64,000 bases of DNA from Tubulanus polymorphus (Eukaryota > Animalia > Nemertea), in NCBI RefSeq assembly GCF_964204645.1, contig NC_134027.1, positions 20,236,560-20,300,559 on the forward strand. Reading direction: 5' to 3'. A program made the position numbers and the translations under genes. Below are positions 1 through 14,400 of this stretch, piece after piece (the first letter of the stretch is position 1; the number at the start of each line of letters is the position of its first letter). The notes beneath the pieces are model-generated. The model saw only the letters and a list, made by a program, of their open reading frames with translations. It was not told the DNA's origin and did no database searches.

Positions 1-3000
1 TGCGGTATTTTATCGTTTTAGGAGTGATTTGAATAAATAAACTCTTGCCATTGTAAGTGTTGCTACCGTTGTATACGCCATGATAACCGTATAAAGTGAG
101 TAGCACTGTAGGTCAGTATATATGGTGAACAAATGCTGTTTATTTTAGCGATTATACACAGGCTTCATGTACTAACGCGCACATGTGCTTGTGTTGATTG
201 TCATAGTTAACATCATAAATAGCGCCACCCCCTGGTTGAATATGAACTATACGCACGGAGTGAAGGATAAATAGATAACTATTCCGCTAACTATTACGGC
301 TAATTCGTGCTCCTTTTTTCAATAAGTCACATCTCAGGTCGCTATATGTATACTAAAGTTTCTTCTGGCTAAGAAATCACGGAAAGTACAATTTTGATGG
401 CATTTGCCCTTTAAGTTATCAAAATACGAATTAATCATTAATCAACATTGAACTGAATTTCTAGGCTTCTGAATCTATACATTAAGCTATCACCGGATCC
501 ACCAAATATATGTCAAATTCATTTTACTTTTCAATTAATTCATATATTTTTCTAGAGAAATATTCATTCGAATTTAGGAGAAAAGTAGAAGAAACACGGA
601 CTCCTAGCGAACCTGAAGGATCCTCGCCATAAACAGAATCCTTGATTGCCACAGGAGTATTCAAGGTTCCCCTCCCATTGTCACTTCAGTTACCCACCTA
701 ATGTTGGTTTTATGGACAGATATTTTAACTTAAACCTGGGGTTTAAGCCCGGTCCTAAGTTGTTCGATTTGCTACGGAACTAAGATGGGCACGAATTGTT
801 GTGTAGGCCCTGGTGATTAGGGGATATTCCTTGCCAGACAAGGCTTCAAAACTTGAAATCTTTAGACTGGATACATTCAAAATTGATTTTCTTTAGGACC
901 TTGACATCTAAAAATTTGAAAAAATAATCAACAAAAGTTTTTTATTGATGGTTAAGGTTTGTATGCATCTAAATCAGTTAAAATAAACAGAATTAAATAA
1001 ATCAAGTCTAGGCCTATATCAAAATAAACTTAGAATGAACCATACTGTCTATGAAACATGGTCTCACTTTATGGTCTATTACTATGCATCAGTTTGTTCA
1101 GATTAATTGCATTCGAAATAAACAATTATTTGTCGTGAATTTGTTTTTTCTATCAGCGATTAATCTATGCACCCATCAATCAATTGGACTAACCCCCCAG
1201 CTCATAGACTCAATTGTTATTCGATGAACTTGACATCCACTCAATATCGAAGTAGCAACGATGAAAAAATTGTCGAACGGACAGAACCACAAAAAGTACA
1301 TGATCAATTTCTTTTAGTCCCCAATGAACAGAAATTGAGTGAAAATGTGCATCCCACTTGTGATGCTCTCAACAGGTTCTACTAGCAGGGCAGGTCACCC
1401 TGCTGTGTTAGGCTACACTACTGTGCTAAAACTTGATCACCCCGCAGAAACATAGCTACCTGGTATGTGATCACTTTATTCATTTGCATTACACTTAGGC
1501 AGACCACATTAGGTCCGTGGAAGCGGTTTTTCAATACACAGGCCTCACAGTGCCCTTTAAAAACCTAGAGGATAGTTCTTAGGTTCTTAGAGGACATGAT
1601 TTGCAGTAGAGGACATAGAGGACAAAAATTACTAAAATAATGTATCGGTAACATAAACTAAACTATGCATATCTCAATTCTCATGGAATGTTTTTGATAA
1701 TTGATTTCAGGTACTTGAACAATTGACCAAATCAAGGTATTTGCAGAACAGTCATAATGCATATTACATGAAATTTGATCGGCTCAATTTAACCCGAACC
1801 TTATGGCGAACCTATAGTGACTGTGATGTAGAGAGCTCAACTCGAATGCATCTAAGCACATTCAGTCAGCTGCTAAATTAAGGTACAGTATGTATAATTT
1901 TAGAATTAAAGATGGCCACCAGTCGGCCATATTGGATATCTTTACCTAGTTTTGTCATATTCCATTGACCATTTCATTTCACTATCTCATATGAAAAATG
2001 AAAGCTCTACATGGAATATCATATATCAGTTGATAGCCAAAACATGCATTTTCAGAAACCAAGATGGCAATCAGTCAGCCATATTGGATGACACCATGAT
2101 CTACGTAGTGGAGTCATATGAAGGACAGGGTTCTTACAGATCAGGAAATCCAAAATTCCCTGAATTTCCCTTATCCTTGACCTACGTTAATGAGAATTCA
2201 TAGTTGCAGACAGGATGTATGATCAACAACTGATTGAATGCAAACCTGGATCAAAATGTTGCACGAAGGCCACGTGTGACAGACAGTAGAAGATTTTACA
2301 ACTGTATCATTCTGGAGCTACAGAGCTTCTAGAGTTTTGTGTCAAGAAATAAATTATACACATATCCGATACTTACAAGAACAGCCAATGCTGCAGGTCA
2401 TTAACTTCGGGAATTGCTTTCAGAAATCGTTTGTTTTGGCGAAATTGTTCCAAAGCGAGATGCAACCCGGACACTTGATCGCTGAAATCATGTCTTGTAC
2501 CATCGAGAAACTGACCCATAATCTAGAAACAAAAATGTCCAACCTAACAATCGGTTTTGCTGACAATAAATCTATTAACCTACATTGCAAATCTTGAGAT
2601 GTTACAATTTTATATGTAGGCTACGTATATAAAACGCTAGCAGCTAGAGAGCAGGGGTGGTTTTACACTGCACTCATTGCATGTTATGAGGTTCAAATCC
2701 CTGCGAGGCAGAAATGTGGCACTTTAACGATGTCACCAGGTTCACATTCCAGCAGCCTATGTGAGGCAGGACTGTGACGTATATCGCAAGGCCATCATGT
2801 TCAAATCTTTGCAACGGAAGAATGTGGCAGTCTTGCTGTCTTTAGATTAGAATTCCTGTAAGGACGGGATATGGCCGAGTCTCATGATGCCGTTTTTAGA
2901 ATTGAATACTTGAATAGACAAAGGGCCATGAATGATCCTGCCTGCATTGATCAGGCAATGGGATACCAGCTAGGTTACAGAGGGAGAGTCAATGATAATT

Positions 3001-3194
3001 CACCAGGATCACTTGGTACTGAGTTACAGCGTTTTTATTTTTTTTTCAAAGTTATTACGCGTACGTGACCATACGACAACCTCCACAGATTAGCCGCACG
3101 TGAGTTCTCTCTGCGCATGCATCAATTATCTACCCACGCACATGCGTGAAAGAGGTTAGGTGAGGCTATATGTAAATTAACTTTCGTAAACCAT

Positions 3195-3627
3195 GCAGCA
3201 TGTGCGGTAGTCGCAGTTTAGCCCTCGAAAAATTTGTTTCGGGATTAAAGTAAATTAAAGGGCACATAATTTGTGCGCCATAAAAAATAATCGTCTTTCA
3301 GTACTAGGCCAAAAGCAAAATGTGAATGAAATAAATTGCCCAAAACCATTAAACGCAATCTAAGGCATTTTTTTTACTCCAGAGGGCACTATTCTAAAAG
3401 AAACATAATTTTTGCTCTATAAATTTAATCGAAAAAGGGCAAATTTCGCCAAAAATCTAAAAAAAGCCACAAGCAAATTGAATGTGAAGGCAAATTTAGT
3501 GGCATGATACAAATGAATGGCACTCAAACTCAAACTCGCTCGTTGGGCATTAATACTGGCCCTTTTCAAAGTTGGTACCCTTTTTTCACTGTGCTGTAGT
3601 TACTGTATGGCCCTGCATCCGCGCCTG
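3195..3627 (-). mobile_element. Partial copy of the CAGGCGCGGATCC-ended MITE family (full copy at 25378-25845)
   Basis: Reverse complement aligns along most of 25378-25845. One terminus (GCATCCGCGCCTG, ends 3627) is retained; the other was not found. Confidence 0.75.
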
Positions 3628-3676
3628 AAATCAGTGAGTCGACCGGCACTGATATGGGTCTTACTACCTATAACAA

Positions 3677-4303
3677 GGTAAAAGTGCAGATCAGCACCTC
3701 TCGTAAATGGTTCAATCAATTACATTAAATATCACTGATTGAGACTCAAAATGTCATCAGCAATTCATTACACTGGTTTATTTTATAGTATCTTCACTAG
3801 AAAGTAGATTTTTAGCCTGGATTTTGTCTTGAGATCGTCACGATTTTTGAACCAGACGCCATATTGGATGGGAAAATCTAAAGTGAAGATTTGCTTAGAA
3901 TATTTGCTGAAACGATGTTTCATGACCAACTCAATTTGAGGATGAAAAATATAAATTTCTTGTCAATTTCAACAATGATATCTGACAATTTGGTTAGCAT
4001 TAATAACCTTAGTGACAGTTGACAAAAATTTGATTAGTTTATGCACTGATTACCCTCACATCGTTTCAGTAATTACTTCAGACAAATCTTCACTTTAGAT
4101 TTCCCAATCCAACATGGCGTCCTATCGAAAGATCGTCACAATTCTGAGATAAAGACCGGGCCAAAAATCTGCTTTCTAGTAGAGATATCATAAGATAAAT
4201 CACTGCCTGCATTGGATTCTGTGAGACATTCTGAAGTTAGAACAGTGATTTGTAATTCAGTAGATTGCGTCAGTCACGAGAGGTGCGGATCTGCACTTTT
4301 ACC
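3677..4303. mobile_element. Foldback MITE with long degenerate inverted arms
   Basis: GGTAAAAGTGCAGATC at 3677 and GATCTGCACTTTTACC ending 4303. Arms stay complementary for roughly 240 bp (e.g. AATCTAAAGTGAAGATTTG / CAAATCTTCACTTTAGATT). CAA on both flanks could be a 3-bp TSD. Confidence 0.75.
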
Positions 4304-5093
4304 CAAGGCAAAGGTTTCACTAGGATTCAAACAGATAACCTCTCGGTTGTGAGTCGAGGTTGTGAGTCAAACACCTGCCTTATCCACAATGCCACAGGAC
4401 AGGACATGCTCACATACGGCTAGGCTGTAGTGTGTGTGTGGTAATCGCCTTAGGCGTACAACAGTCTCGACGACGGTACGGGTAAATTAACAACAGCATG
4501 TTTTTTCTATTTTCGACGAGCGCAAACTTTTTTTGCAAATAAATCATATCTATTGGGCAAAAGTGTATTATAATTTTCTTTACTGATCCATGAAATTTGG
4601 GTCATATCTGAAATTCTAACGATCCGAATAAATCGTATTCAAAAACAGTGTTTTGTGTCACGTAGGCCACCACAAATAATCGGCTAAATAATCGTCGCAA
4701 CAGCTTCCGATTTGGGAATTTTTGCAGATTTAAACATCGTTTTCGGCAGTTTAATTTCGACTTGCACCTGTTGAAATTTGACGCAATGGTGACGAGTCGA
4801 TTGTTCGTCTTTAGCGGCTTTCAGATGACTGGCTAACACCTTCATTTTCCTACTGAGATCGCATATACTAAGTTCCGAAAGCGTCCGATCTACTAGGCCA
4901 TCATCGGCCATGGTGTTGGCGCCAGCATCGGGATTGGTGTTTACATTCCCGATTGACAGCTGGCGCCACTGTACGATCAGTCTTTCGTAACCGACGCCGA
5001 CCAAGCTCAAGGTCGTCGAGCGAATATTTTGGGAAAAAACGAAATATTGAGATTTTTTAATTTTGTAGACTCAGTTGATTATTACTAAGAAAA

Positions 5094-8000
5094 ATGCTGG
5101 TTTCTAGATTATTGAGCAGAGTTCAGGGATGTGCAATACGAGTAATGCTTGCAGTTGGACCTCGAAACAAACCGGCGTAAGTAACTTGTTGGATTTTTTA
5201 GTAAGCAGTCAGGAACACTTTCCAAAAACGGCTTAATATTATTGCCTTATTCTGCCAATTTCGGCGTTTTCCGCCAATTACGGCAGAATCAGCCGTTTAT
5301 GGATCACTCAGTTTTGAAACTTTCACAGTCGTTTATGGCTTAATCAGCCAGTTTCAGCTCACTAAGTTTCGAGTTTTGCTTTAAAGTTTTTTGCGCACTT
5401 CCGGTCCAATTAGCGCACGTTGCCGATTAAGTCATAATCTCAAGCAGACGATAAGCTTTCATATGACGCTAGGATGGAAATTTTTGAGCTAGGTAAAATG
5501 GTTAAATTTACGTTTTTCTAAATGATTACGTCATATGAAGCCCAAAAACTCCTGGAAAACTCTCAAAACTACTACAGCATGAAACAAGTTTATTAATCAT
5601 GATTTTTGTTACAAATAAATGTGGGAACAAGTTTTAAAAACTATTATAAAGTTTTCAAGTAAACGTTGCCATGGGTACACATAAAAACATTCGCCATTTC
5701 TGGCGTATTCAGCCGTTTTTGGCGTAGTTAGTTTTATAACCATAAACTATTAAGCCTGCATTATTGGCATTCCACTTGTTATACATGAGGATTCCACTTA
5801 GACGTTTTCCCTAGTGTCTACGCGGTACTTTTTTTAGGAATTTTTAAAATAATTAATTTGCTGAGGTGAACGTGTGTGTAAATATTATATGTTAAAAATA
5901 AAAATAAAAATAAAATTATTATCATTATCATTCTCATAAGACAAATCAATCGTGGACGTAGAAACTAGTGTATCAAAAATCTAGTTTATAAGTGTTGCCC
6001 ATGGTCTTATCTTGCCTTATAAAGCATAGAATGGTTGAGGGATATATTGGACTGCAAATGATGTTGGTTAATTGAAGGTAATTAAGATCTTCAATGCCTC
6101 CCAGCTAATTGGACTTGTGATGGATAGTGATTGAATGAATTGGTGGCCCATGACGGTACAACACTCAAAATCAATACAGCCGTATTTGGACTCATTCCAA
6201 AATACAACAAACATTTTTGAAACAATTTGGGAAACATGTACGTATATATTTATTACATAGAATACAGGCATACAGGAAGAACAGAATTAAACTACTGTTG
6301 CTATCAGAAATTCTGTACATTTATGTTTAATTCTTTCTTGAAGTCTGGAATGGATCAATGAGATAAATTTTTCAGCGAAAATATACAAATGTATGCCAGC
6401 AGAAAAGCGATGATGTCATAATAGGGACTCCCATGGATCTAAGCACTATAAATAGCACCTGTAAAACTATCTACGCTAAAAACGCCGTAACTAGCGATGT
6501 AGTTTTATAAACTGTAATAGCTGAAAACGGCGGAAATGGCGTTTTTTAAGAACAAGCCTAAATGGCAGAAAACGCTGATTTCGGCTAAATTGGCAGAAGC
6601 AGTTTAAAACTGAGTGATCCATAAACGGCTGATTCTGCCGTTATTGGCGGAAAACGCCGAAATTGGCAGAATAAGCCGTTTTTGGAAAGTGTTCCTCTTC
6701 GTTGTGTTCACCGGTTGTCCTTTCTTAATTTCTTTAATTTGTACTGCGTCGGCCACGATAGCATGTATCATTGGCGCAGGGAGGTGTGCGTTCTTTATAG
6801 TTGACGCTCTGCGGGTTCACGCTGGAACGGATGTGGTAGATATCGGCCTGTGTAGCCTACATCTGTTCCAATTGTTAACTGTCTTTGAGAAGAAAGAGTT
6901 CGTGTACTCTTCGGTTTTCGCTTGAAATTTATTAGGATCCTTCTTTTTACCGAGATGCATGCACCGTCATACCGCGATGAACCGAGTGAACAGCATTGAT
7001 TCGATCATCCGATCCAGCAAGCCCTAAAGCCACATTTAATTACAAATCACAACTTCAACAACCGACTCCATAGAAGAGGGATTCATAGTCGCCCTCTGCG
7101 CTACACAGCAGACCATTGCCTTAAGCGGGCCGCACACTAGCGTCAAAGCCGTTGCAACAAGTATGCCGCGGCAATTTATCAGCAACATCGAAAACTTTTC
7201 CTGCACACTAGCAACAATGACGCAGCTTCGGGTGCTGCCTCTGCCACTTTTGTAGGTCAAGTGGCCAATAATGTGATCTCAACGCGTGTGCATTGAAACT
7301 AAATCCTGGAGCACTGCTGCAAACTTAGGCGCACACTCAGGCGTACTTGCCTGATATAAAATTTTTTAGATGTTGGCATCAAAGCCACAAGTGGTAAAAA
7401 CGCCTAACAATTTCACGCGCACACTAGGTGATTTTGACGCCAGCGTCGCAGCCGCTACTGTGTGGGGGCTTAACATTTTAGTTTATCTATCACTCTCTCC
7501 CGTTGTGTATACCCAATGCGATTGTTGCGTTGCAAGTGAGTCGGTTGCGGTGCGATTGTCTGTGACCGTGCGACTAGTTAGTGCCAGTCACAAGAGCGCG
7601 TTGGTCGAAGCAACGCAATCCGCAATTCTGGTTGACACTTAGTTACTAAGAATGGCACCAAACAACACAAAGATAGAGAGTTTAAATTCCTGGTTATTAC
7701 AAGGGAAAGGTAGCTTTCTAACCCTCAGATCGAACATAACAACTTACTTGTTGCATTTTCTATCACCATCGACCGGTTCCATTTCATAATCGGTAGGCTT
7801 TCATAATAGTCTTGACTTAAAGCTAAAATACTGGAATTTATGGGCTTAACAGCATGAATACAGAGATTAAATTCTCGATAAAAGACATTTTTCGAATATC
7901 TTCAAAAAAATTATCTCATTACCATTATGGACCCAATTCCACAGTATTGTGTTAAGATTCGACTCAAAGTTAACTCATCGAAAATGAACTAATCTTTACT

Positions 8001-11000
8001 CAGAGTTAGGCCTAACTCAAAACTGTGGAACTGGGTCATGGTAATGAGATGCGTTTTGAAATAATTTTTTTTAAGGATTCGAGAAATGTCTTATCGAGAA
8101 TTTAATCTCCTCTTGTTGCGTCGCAAGTCACAACGATTGTGGGTTCGAATCCCATATTGTGGACTGGGTTCGAATCGCGTCACTCCCAGTCACAAGAGCT
8201 CGTAGGTCGGTTGCGACAAAGAACCCTGGTAGTCGCAACCCATCACTGGGATTCGCAAGGTAGCGTAGGTCGTGAGTTTTTGCGACGCGATTGTCGCTGG
8301 CAGTGAGGCTGACCTACACTCACCTTTAGATCTGTCTATATTTCATATGTCGCGGAATTAAAGGAAATAACGACTTTTTTGGCTTGGACACAGAAATTCA
8401 TTCGTTGAAACTAATATTTCTTTGTAGACGATCTCGTAATGAGGGTTGGCTGTATATCCTTTCTTGCTGTAATTTAGATCCTCAATTGCCAGAGTAGGGT
8501 TGCAGGTTCTCCATTGTTTGAATAGATAAGACCGTGCCATAGAGCCAGGTCACCTGGTCATGACTGAACTGCTGAGTTCCGTAAGGAACTGCAAACCTGA
8601 GGTGGCATCCCAAAGTAATGACGATCACGTTCATTTCATAAATTGTTAACGTCTTATGTAAATTTGTGGTTTTTTTTCAGTTGCTTTAGAAATTATTCAA
8701 TCGGCGAGTATACGGGATGTTCGGAAAATGAGGCAGTCGGCGGTTCATTGAAAACATCGACGATCTCGATACTGAATCAAGATCAGGAATCAATATTGAT
8801 TAACTCTTACAGTCAGATGGGATTCAGATTGAACAATGGAATGAGAGTTATCGGGCCTTGTGTAATATTCCCAAACTCAATTCTTCAATGGAACGTAAGT
8901 TGATTATGTACCATGATTACATGTTTAAGATACAAGGGGCTCGTCGCGTATAGGAGGTGGGCTCAAATTGATGTGAAAGACGGATGTCTGCTGAATGAAT
9001 TGGGGAAAATGTGGGAGCAATTCAAGAAAAGTGTCAGTCTGTCAAAACATATCAGTCTAGATTGTGATCGGTAACCACTTATGTGTACCTCGTCAATGTG
9101 AAAAGTCCTGGTATTTTGTTCTGAAAAGATATGAAGAAGCCACTCTTGTAAGGATGTAAAAAAGTGATCCCTGGGCCAATTCAAATCTGGCTTGAAGAAG
9201 GAGGGCATTTAGTGAAGTGATTTTTGGGGGTGCCTCTGGTCCAATTTAACTGAAAAACGATAGAGCAAGTTCCTTATAGGAATGGAAATGCGAGCTTGTC
9301 ACTCAATCAAAAATGAAAAATGACTGTTTGAAAATACAGTAGACAGACATTTTGGGGCCGTAGAAATGTGTTCAATTAAGATCCGAGTTGGATTTTATGA
9401 ATTATGTTACAAAAAATATTTCAACAAACCTCTGAGTTGATTGGACCCGACTTGAACATAGTCTACTGTGACGACCTCTACGAAGGCTCCATTTGGGAAA
9501 ATTTTTAAATCACCCTTGAAATACTTGGAAAAAACTTGTGTATTTTGAATTCATATATAACTATGGGAATAACGAGTTATCAATAAGTTGTAACTCAGAA
9601 TCGAAAGTTCACTTTCAAATGCTGTATTCCACGAGTCTTAGTTTACGTCAACTCAGACCTATGGAAGCTGGTCTTGATTCTTAGTTGAAATCTTTAGGTT
9701 TGCCTTATTTTCTCCTAAAATGTTGTTTGTTTTCTAGGTATCAGGGTCACACGATATCAATAAAGATTCTTTGAGTTTATTTACTGTGATTGAGCCTAAA
9801 CTCGGTACGTAATTCTAGGTGTCTCGCCGAACAAGTGTTCATATTGTCATAACATGTAAATCATAGAAATTTTAGTCTTATTTTTTTGAATTACAGATAT
9901 TTTGATTATTGGTAAAGGGGAAAGAGAAGCAGCCATTGATAATACTATCCTGCGTACGTTATTGTCACATAAGATTAACGTGGAAATCTTATCAACGGTA
10001 AGAAGGGGGAAATTATCAAGTTTTTGTTGGTGCAGGTATCAAATCTGCAGCCTAAATCTACCCTCTTCGTGACATTCACACATCATGTTTTATTGTGTGA
10101 AGTCTGGACGTTTGCCTTTTGATGGAGGATTATGCCGGAATCTCATCAATGTTATCAGGTTCAAATTCGTGCGTTCAGACCCCCTTCAAGAAATGTTAGT
10201 ACGTGAAATCTGGTTAACCTTTCCATTTTGACAGTCTGGTCATTGATAAAGTCTAAGGACTACATATTTGTGTTCAATTTTGATGTCATGGCTAACAGAA
10301 CTTGTGTAAACAGTGGGGGATCCAGCCTACCGCTACTACCGCTTCAGCGGTACTCACGATTGTAGAAACACCCTTCTATTTTCCAAGTTCTGGTAGAAGT
10401 GATTTAAAACAGCCAATTTGAATAATCGACAATGGGTCAACTTCTTATTTTCAATGAATGATATTTCTTTGACATGTGAAAATGTCATATTTTGTGCATA
10501 CAGAGAAGGACTTGATGCCCTAAATTGACTCAGATATACATGTCTGAACCCTAAAAATTCAAGATATTCTATGACATAGGTGCCCTTCCACAGCTGAGCA
10601 GTACTCAAAAACCTAGGCTAGAACTACCCCTGTGTAAATGCAAAATCTCTTGAAAGTGTGCTGATGCAATTTCAATCGCCTGGTTTCATGATTAATTTGT
10701 AAGCTCACTAGCCCACTGAGGTATTAAGTCCCAGCAGGCTATTGATTGAACTTTTCATCCATCAATGCATCATTAAAGGCAGTTCTGTGTTAAAGTTCTT
10801 ACTAGAAGGATGTAACCAACAAGGCACTGTTCTACAAGTTAAAATAAATACTTTAATATTATGAAGGAATGTGTGGCTGTAGTTGCTACCAAGATTAATG
10901 ATCTACAGTAGATAACGAAGCAAGTTTTAGTCTTGTTCAAGTTCTTCCTAAAATCAGATTCAGTCCAGCAGAACGGCCCATTGTCTGTTGATTCTAGCTT

Positions 11001-11475
11001 TGGAAAATACATTCATCGATACCCCTGGATGTCGACTACTCGTTGAATTATAGGCATAAAACGGCTTTATGCTGAAGAACCGTTTCATTTTTTTTTTTTT
11101 CAGGATCAAGCGTGTTCGACGTTTAACTTTTTGAATTCTGAAGGACGATTCGTTGCGGCAGCTTTGATACCGCCGTCGTACGTCGACCGTTATCATGACG
11201 ACAGCGTCGACTTGCAATCGGCACTAGATCGCCAGCTGCTCGACAATATCAGCGATTTCACCGTGTTGCCGAAACGATTGCAGAATTTCTCTGACATTCC
11301 TGGTTACGCTAACTTCGAGGAAACGGCTGAGTTGGGCTACAAGTCGTTGAAAGGCAGTCTTGCGAAAACGAAATCACGAATCGCAAGTCACACTGGAAAA
11401 GGACAGAGGATGCACGAGGAAATGTTTAAAAACTCACAAAATGATAGAAATGATAAAAAAGATGATAAAGAGTGA
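5094..11475 (+). CDS. NDUFAF3: NADH dehydrogenase 1 alpha subcomplex assembly factor 3 (Mth938-like domain); join(5094..5176,8681..8894,9738..9804,9897..9997,11104..11475), 278 aa
   Basis: All introns GT-AG with consistent phases (2,0,1,0). Translation gives an Arg-rich, acid-free N-terminus resembling a mitochondrial presequence (MLVSRLLSRVQGCAIRVML), then INSYSQMGFRLNNGMRVIGPCVIFPNSILQWNV, SLSLFTVIEPKLDILIIGKG and VEILSTDQACSTFNFLNSEGRFVAAALIPP, the characteristic NDUFAF3 motifs. Exon 1 is the least certain. Confidence 0.92.
5211..6696. mobile_element. Non-autonomous DNA transposon (~1.5 kb) in NDUFAF3 intron 1
   Basis: ~100-bp TIRs: AGGAACACTTTCCAAAAACGGCTTA...GGATCACTCAGTTTT at 5211 and its reverse complement ending GTTCCT at 6696. 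No transposase ORF and no clear TSD. Confidence 0.8.
7863..8109. repeat. Short foldback/MITE-like inverted repeat
   Basis: GAGATTAAATTCTCGATAA...TTATCGAGAATTTAATCTC termini; inner arms ATCTCATTACCAT/ATGGTAATGAGAT and TTCCACAGT/ACTGTGGAA. Confidence 0.65.
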
Positions 11476-14400
11476 TTCATTACTTGGTATTTCTTATCAG
11501 GGTAGTTTCTTTATTTATGCATTCATCAATCTGAAGCTTGGAACCACCCTTTCAGACATTCAACATTGTAGGGTAAAGTCTTGATGACGTTTTTTTAAGT
11601 GTGTTGATAAAATGATCAAGCGTTTGTAGTTCATTAATTGGCTGTTCATTTTCATGCCCAATATAATACTGTTCCAGTCAAACATGGCGTAGTTTTTGAA
11701 GTAGTCTTCGTATAGTTCATTTTCGATTCGGAATGCCTCGGGTGACGTCCTGAACACATTTAAAGGTCAGATGATCTTGAATTGGAATAATGCCAATGAT
11801 AAAGTACTGGTATCGAATCCCTGGGGGCTGGTTCTGGCAGCAGATTGAATGATTCCTGTATTAAGTTTTGAAAAATGGTTCTAATAATCTAGAACTTTGT
11901 TAGCCCCTAGTATTGTTAATAAACCTACGCTTTTGTCGATCATACTTTCATCTATTTGTTCTATTGTCATACTGATTTTTAGCCCAGATTTAAGCTCGAT
12001 AATTGGTGGCCATTATTGTTTGCAGAAATCAGTACTTCTATACATTCTGGATGTTTACGAGAGAAATTTTGAAGATGCTTTGATGTCTGGTCAGTGTCAG
12101 CATTGTCATAGGACACATCCTCTTACATGGATTTGGGGTTACTCAGCTTTTTAGGAAAAACAATGATTAGATTATCTGCCATTTTGAACATGTTTTCATC
12201 GATGAAGTACATATGCATAGATTCCTGGCTCGTACCTATGATATGCAATATGGGAGGCTGTTCAAAGCTGTTTGATAATTTTTCGGGCTTAAACTGCCTC
12301 CTCCCATATGACAGATTCCTGATGGATTATGATACCCAGTGTAAGAGGAAGTTGTCGACATGGTAATGGTTCCAACTGAAATTGAAATTTCATTGAGTTT
12401 GACCATATAGACATTATTCACGTTATGTCACAGTGTGTTATAATGTCTGTCAAACTGAACTGTGGAACTGAAGTTTGAAAAATTCACAATTTTTTATTGA
12501 CAGCCATGTGACAGACATTATGATGCAAGTGATCAAAACACCTCCTGACATCAGCTATGAATCGGGCCCAAATAGTATTTGAACTGATTTCAAGTTTGAC
12601 AGTATATCCAATCACTTGCTACATTGTAGGTCAATTTGATGTCATATGGTAATTAGGAGACAGCCATTATCAATGATAATGGCTGCCTCCTAATGATTCA
12701 TGAAAGGGTCCTAACGGTTCTTTTGATGCAGTATTCCTTCAGATAGTTCAACTTGGGGTCAATTATTTGTTACGTATTCAAACAAATGGGGATGCGTACA
12801 TACCTGTATGGGAAGGGAGGTTAAAAAGGTTATTGTATGTTCCCATGTACCATATTTAATAACGAAGCCAGTTTCTCATAGCAAAATTATTAGTAGCTTA
12901 TGGCAACCCATTTACTGACTTCAATGTTATTCGAAAATAATTATATATTTCAAACATATACTTGGTAGATACCATTGAAGGGCAGGAGCAGTAACTAAGA
13001 GACAATGTGATTAGATTGTGATTAACTTCGTGAATACGGTTCTCATTGTTCCAATCTCCTTCCGCAAACAGTTACACTGTAACTCAGTTTTGAAAGGTTT
13101 TCACACGATTAGTAGCCAGAAAGAGGCGCTGGATGAAATGTCAAACAGCAGCAATATATATGTTGCTTGGTATGTTTTTATCCGATTTGGGACTTCAATC
13201 CCAGCGGGCTATTGCGTTCACTTTTCGTCTGTTCGTCCGTAGACGGAATATACTGGTAGTTATTTTGGGAAGTCTTGATCTTTGGTTTATACATGTATCT
13301 ACCCTAGATAAATCTTCTGCCAAAAAACTGGTCTGATCAGAATCAAGATGGCCGACTGGCAGCCATTGTTGTTCGCCAAAATCAGCACTTTTTATTATAC
13401 ATTTTTATAGTTTTCATGGGAAATATTGAAAACGCTTTGATCAATTATTTTGATTTTTCACATATTATGTTTGTATCTCCCTATGGTACACCAGCATAAG
13501 TGAAATTGGGTTGATCGGACACAAGATGGTCATCGTGTGACCTATTTTGTGCCCAAAAAGGCCATTTTTGCCCTGAATTCTGAGACCTAAAGCTTCCGAA
13601 TGTTTGCCATTTTTCATTGAAATTCATGATGCTTATGCTTTGAGGGCTCATATATATCAACCAGATTCTTTGATCGGTTAAGCGTGACGCAATCAGCAGC
13701 CAACTTGATGTCATTAGTCCTAATTTGTAGATAGAAAAAGGTGTTTTGAGTAAAATATAAATAGGTTTTCAATTTCAGTCTTGATATTTGATAAGTAATA
13801 TCACTGTCATAGTTTTCATCTCCTCACGTGGAATTGGGGTTACCCAGGTGTGATTGGCTGGTGAGTTTAAGGTCATTGCTTGGGCGTTGAATTTTGAAAT
13901 TCTCTGTTTGTTGAGCATTTCAAACCACCTACCAAGTGGGCTTGTGTCCCTGGACCCCTAGTTGTAAGGCAACTCCGATATAGCATCAACATCAGTGATT
14001 TAGGATTTAGGGTTCATTTCACTAGTTCCTAAACAAAATGTAGACAGTCCAACCCGGTCATTTGATGGGGGTGGTGGTCAATTTGGGTCTGAAATCCAGT
14101 ATTTACCGAGGGTAGAACTGTAAAAAGTATGATTGCATCTTGGGAAGGGGTTCCTTGAAGAGAAGAGTAAGTAACGAATGAGTGATCCCTTTCATCTAGA
14201 CTTGAATGCAACTGACAAACAATTGTGGAATTTCAGAATACTACAACTATGAAGACTAAATTCAGATTTTCAGCTAGAGATAAAATTCATCTATTTATTC
14301 ACACATGTATCTGACTATGGTTTACATGAAATAATATACATAATGAATACAATCCAATCTCGTTAAATTATATTATTTAATTATCAATATTAATTACTGG

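Noticed and set aside
219-237. CTCF-like motif TAGCGCCACCCCCTGG
   Set aside because: Two core mismatches and no supporting context.
2685-2860. Repeated B-box-like motifs (GGTTCAAATCCC etc.); similar motifs at ~4320-4355 (minus strand) and ~8140-8180
   Set aside because: No cloverleaf could be folded; more likely decayed tRNA-derived SINE heads than tRNA genes.
4466-5020. 9-bp inverted repeat CTCGACGAC/GTCGTCGAG around a 108-aa ORF
   Set aside because: Too short, no TSD and a non-ATG ORF; more likely the NDUFAF3 promoter region.
11560-12421. Semi-open minus-strand frames downstream of NDUFAF3
   Set aside because: No recognisable motif or splice structure; cannot support a gene or pseudogene call.
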